Part shown: positions 62,574 through 64,000 of the stretch, one piece after another | How positions within the stretch are numbered: the stretch's first letter is position 1 | How the letters are laid out: the number at the start of each line of letters is the position of its first letter | Assembly (NCBI GenBank): GCA_900088475.1 | Contig: FLMG01003894.1 | Location: forward strand, 10,270 to 74,269 | Length of the DNA stretch: 64,000 nt | Source: Hyphochytrium catenoides | Taxonomy: Eukaryota; Protista; Hyphochytriomycota | Direction: 5' to 3' | Program-made: the position numbers and the translations under genes | The notes under the pieces: generated by a model | Told to the model about the DNA's origin: nothing | What the model saw: the letters and a program-made list of their open reading frames with translations, nothing else | Databases searched by the model: none

Positions 62574-63386
62574 CTACTTCTCTATAGGGATGACAGCACT
62601 ATTGGACCATTTACTCTCTCTGTCATCTCCACAGAACTCAGCAACAATGAAGTCAGTCAGATCGTCATAGTGACACCACCACTTGTCACCCTTCTGCAGA
62701 CCTCTCCCTTCACGAGCCACCCAGGCGCCCCCTCTCTTCCACTTATCGTGGATATAGACAGCGCGGATGAAGGTGTACGTGAAGAGTGGTGGGGAGCGCT
62801 TATCGGCAAGTTCCTGAATAAGATAGTCTTCTGATCTCTGCATATCGACATAAAGGTTCATAAGCCGGGGCTTGAGTATCTTGCGATAGAAGAGCGGAGT
62901 GCCAGGGTCACGGAAGTTTGCGGTGATAGCCACAAGCCTACAAGTCTTTCCTTTGAGTCCGCTAGGCATAGAAGATGAGCCATTCTGTCTTTCGCTTTCT
63001 TTTCCCGCCTCTTCTATCCTCCGTCTCACGCTCTTCAGCTCTTCTATGATGGCCTTTGCGGTGTCGTAGTATACACTGGTGGGGCCAGCTTTGGGCAAGC
63101 CAAAGCAGTTGGTGGTGACGGGCCCGCCAACAGCACTGAGAATAACGTCTGCTAGGCTTCCATCTACTTCAAAAACACCTTTCAAAGTCTCTTGTCTGCT
63201 TACATCCGCTGTCCTGATATGTAAACGGCGGATGGCATCGGCTGGTTGTCCGGTCTTCACGTCGTCTAAGGTAGCTTGCCGGTTGGGGCGGACTATAGCG
63301 ATGACAACATGGCCAAGCTGTAGCAGCCGGGCGACGACTCGTTTTCCTGTCTGTCCGTTGGCACCAAGGACAGCGACTGTGACCAT
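62574..63386 (-). CDS. NAD(P)H-binding atypical SDR, flavin reductase/BLVRB-like, intronless
   Basis: TVAVLGANGQTGKRVV Rossmann motif, AIVR, ADV, DVILSAVG, YVDMQRSEDYL, YTFIR, DLTDFI. Confidence 0.82.
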   Translation of the reverse strand: MVTVAVLGANGQTGKRVVARLLQLGHVVIAIVRPNRQATLDDVKTGQPADAIRRLHIRTADVSRQETLKGVFEVDGSLADVILSAVGGPVTTNCFGLPKAGPTSVYYDTAKAIIEELKSVRRRIEEAGKESERQNGSSSMPSGLKGKTCRLVAITANFRDPGTPLFYRKILKPRLMNLYVDMQRSEDYLIQELADKRSPPLFTYTFIRAVYIHDKWKRGGAWVAREGRGLQKGDKWWCHYDDLTDFIVAEFCGDDRESKWSNSAVIPIEK

Positions 63387-63876
63387 TGTTGCTTCACGCT
63401 CAAGCGCCTCGGCCCCTGGCCTTCCGACTTTTCTTCTTTCTCTGGGGTTGTCACTGCTTCAATTCCTATTTTTCGTTTACCCCGGCCACGTGCGTAGTTG
63501 GGTTAGCTTGTCGATGACTGACAACACACAGGCAAAAGCGGGACTGACTTGGAGGTTGCGAAAGCGACGAGATCGATCGGACTCTTTTCTCATCCCCCTT
63601 GGCAAGGTCAGGTTGTTTCTCCTTTCCTCTTGCTGCTGGGTACGTACGTACGTAGGTGCGCGTAGTAGGTGGTGGTCGTGCTCTCTATCTCGGCTTCTTG
63701 CTTCCTTAGATTCTTCCTCTTCATCCACTCCTAGAGGGCCGGCTGAGAACGAACTCACACATCATCGTAACTACTAACAAACAACAGGCAACGAACCCCA
63801 ACAGAATCTACCACTCCGGTCGAGGGCTCCTCCGTCCTGTCCCAGCATGTAAAGGCCCATCATCATCACCAAGCGG

Positions 63877-64000
63877 GAGGAGGAGGAGCAGGAAGCAGGA
63901 GCAGGAGGAGGAGGAGCAGGAAGCAGGAGCAGGAGGAGGAGGAGCAGGAAGCAGGAGCAGGAGGAGGAGGAGCAGGAAGCAGGGGCAGGAGGAGGAGGAG
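63877..64000. repeat. 28-bp minisatellite, at least 4 copies, running off the window end
   Basis: ggaagc anchors at 63891, 63919, 63947 and 63975 give period 28; unit ggaagcaggagcaggaggaggaggagca. Confidence 0.92.

Noticed and set aside
63877-64000. Regular repeat considered as a CRISPR array, telomere or coding repeat
   Set aside because: No unique spacers, not a telomeric unit, and period 28 is not a multiple of 3; it is a simple minisatellite.
1-64000. tRNA, rRNA or snRNA genes, including minor-spliceosome snRNAs
   Set aside because: No convincing match by eye; a covariance-model search would be needed.

Overview
Eukaryotic nuclear DNA: gene-dense, many short spliceosomal introns, frequent (GA/CT)n microsatellites and two N gaps. 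Protein sequences and gene content suggest a stramenopile, possibly an ochrophyte alga (inference). The left 35 kb is a housekeeping block of 11 spliced genes in strictly alternating orientation: RPA12, VAC14, a CKK/CAMSAP-like gene, CLU1, ATP23, PFDN4, a METTL13/EEF1AKMT4-like methyltransferase, V-ATPase B, a highly divergent F1-ATPase alpha paralogue, organellar L17 and RFC2/4. The right part holds a DegT-like PLP enzyme, a type-I membrane glycoprotein, decayed and internally inverted Ty1/copia elements, an LRR protein, a ~5 kb decayed island with a giant-virus-type nuclease ORF, a CCDC87-like gene and a BLVRB-like reductase. Main highlights: (1) a textbook AT-AC (U12, minor spliceosome) intron in VAC14 at 4120-4351; (2) a spliced F1-alpha-like gene with a mitochondrial-type presequence that has lost the PPGREAYP loop and is too divergent to be the normal subunit; (3) a probable endogenous viral relic at ~49.7-54.6 kb. 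All exon structures were read by eye and no database searches were run.
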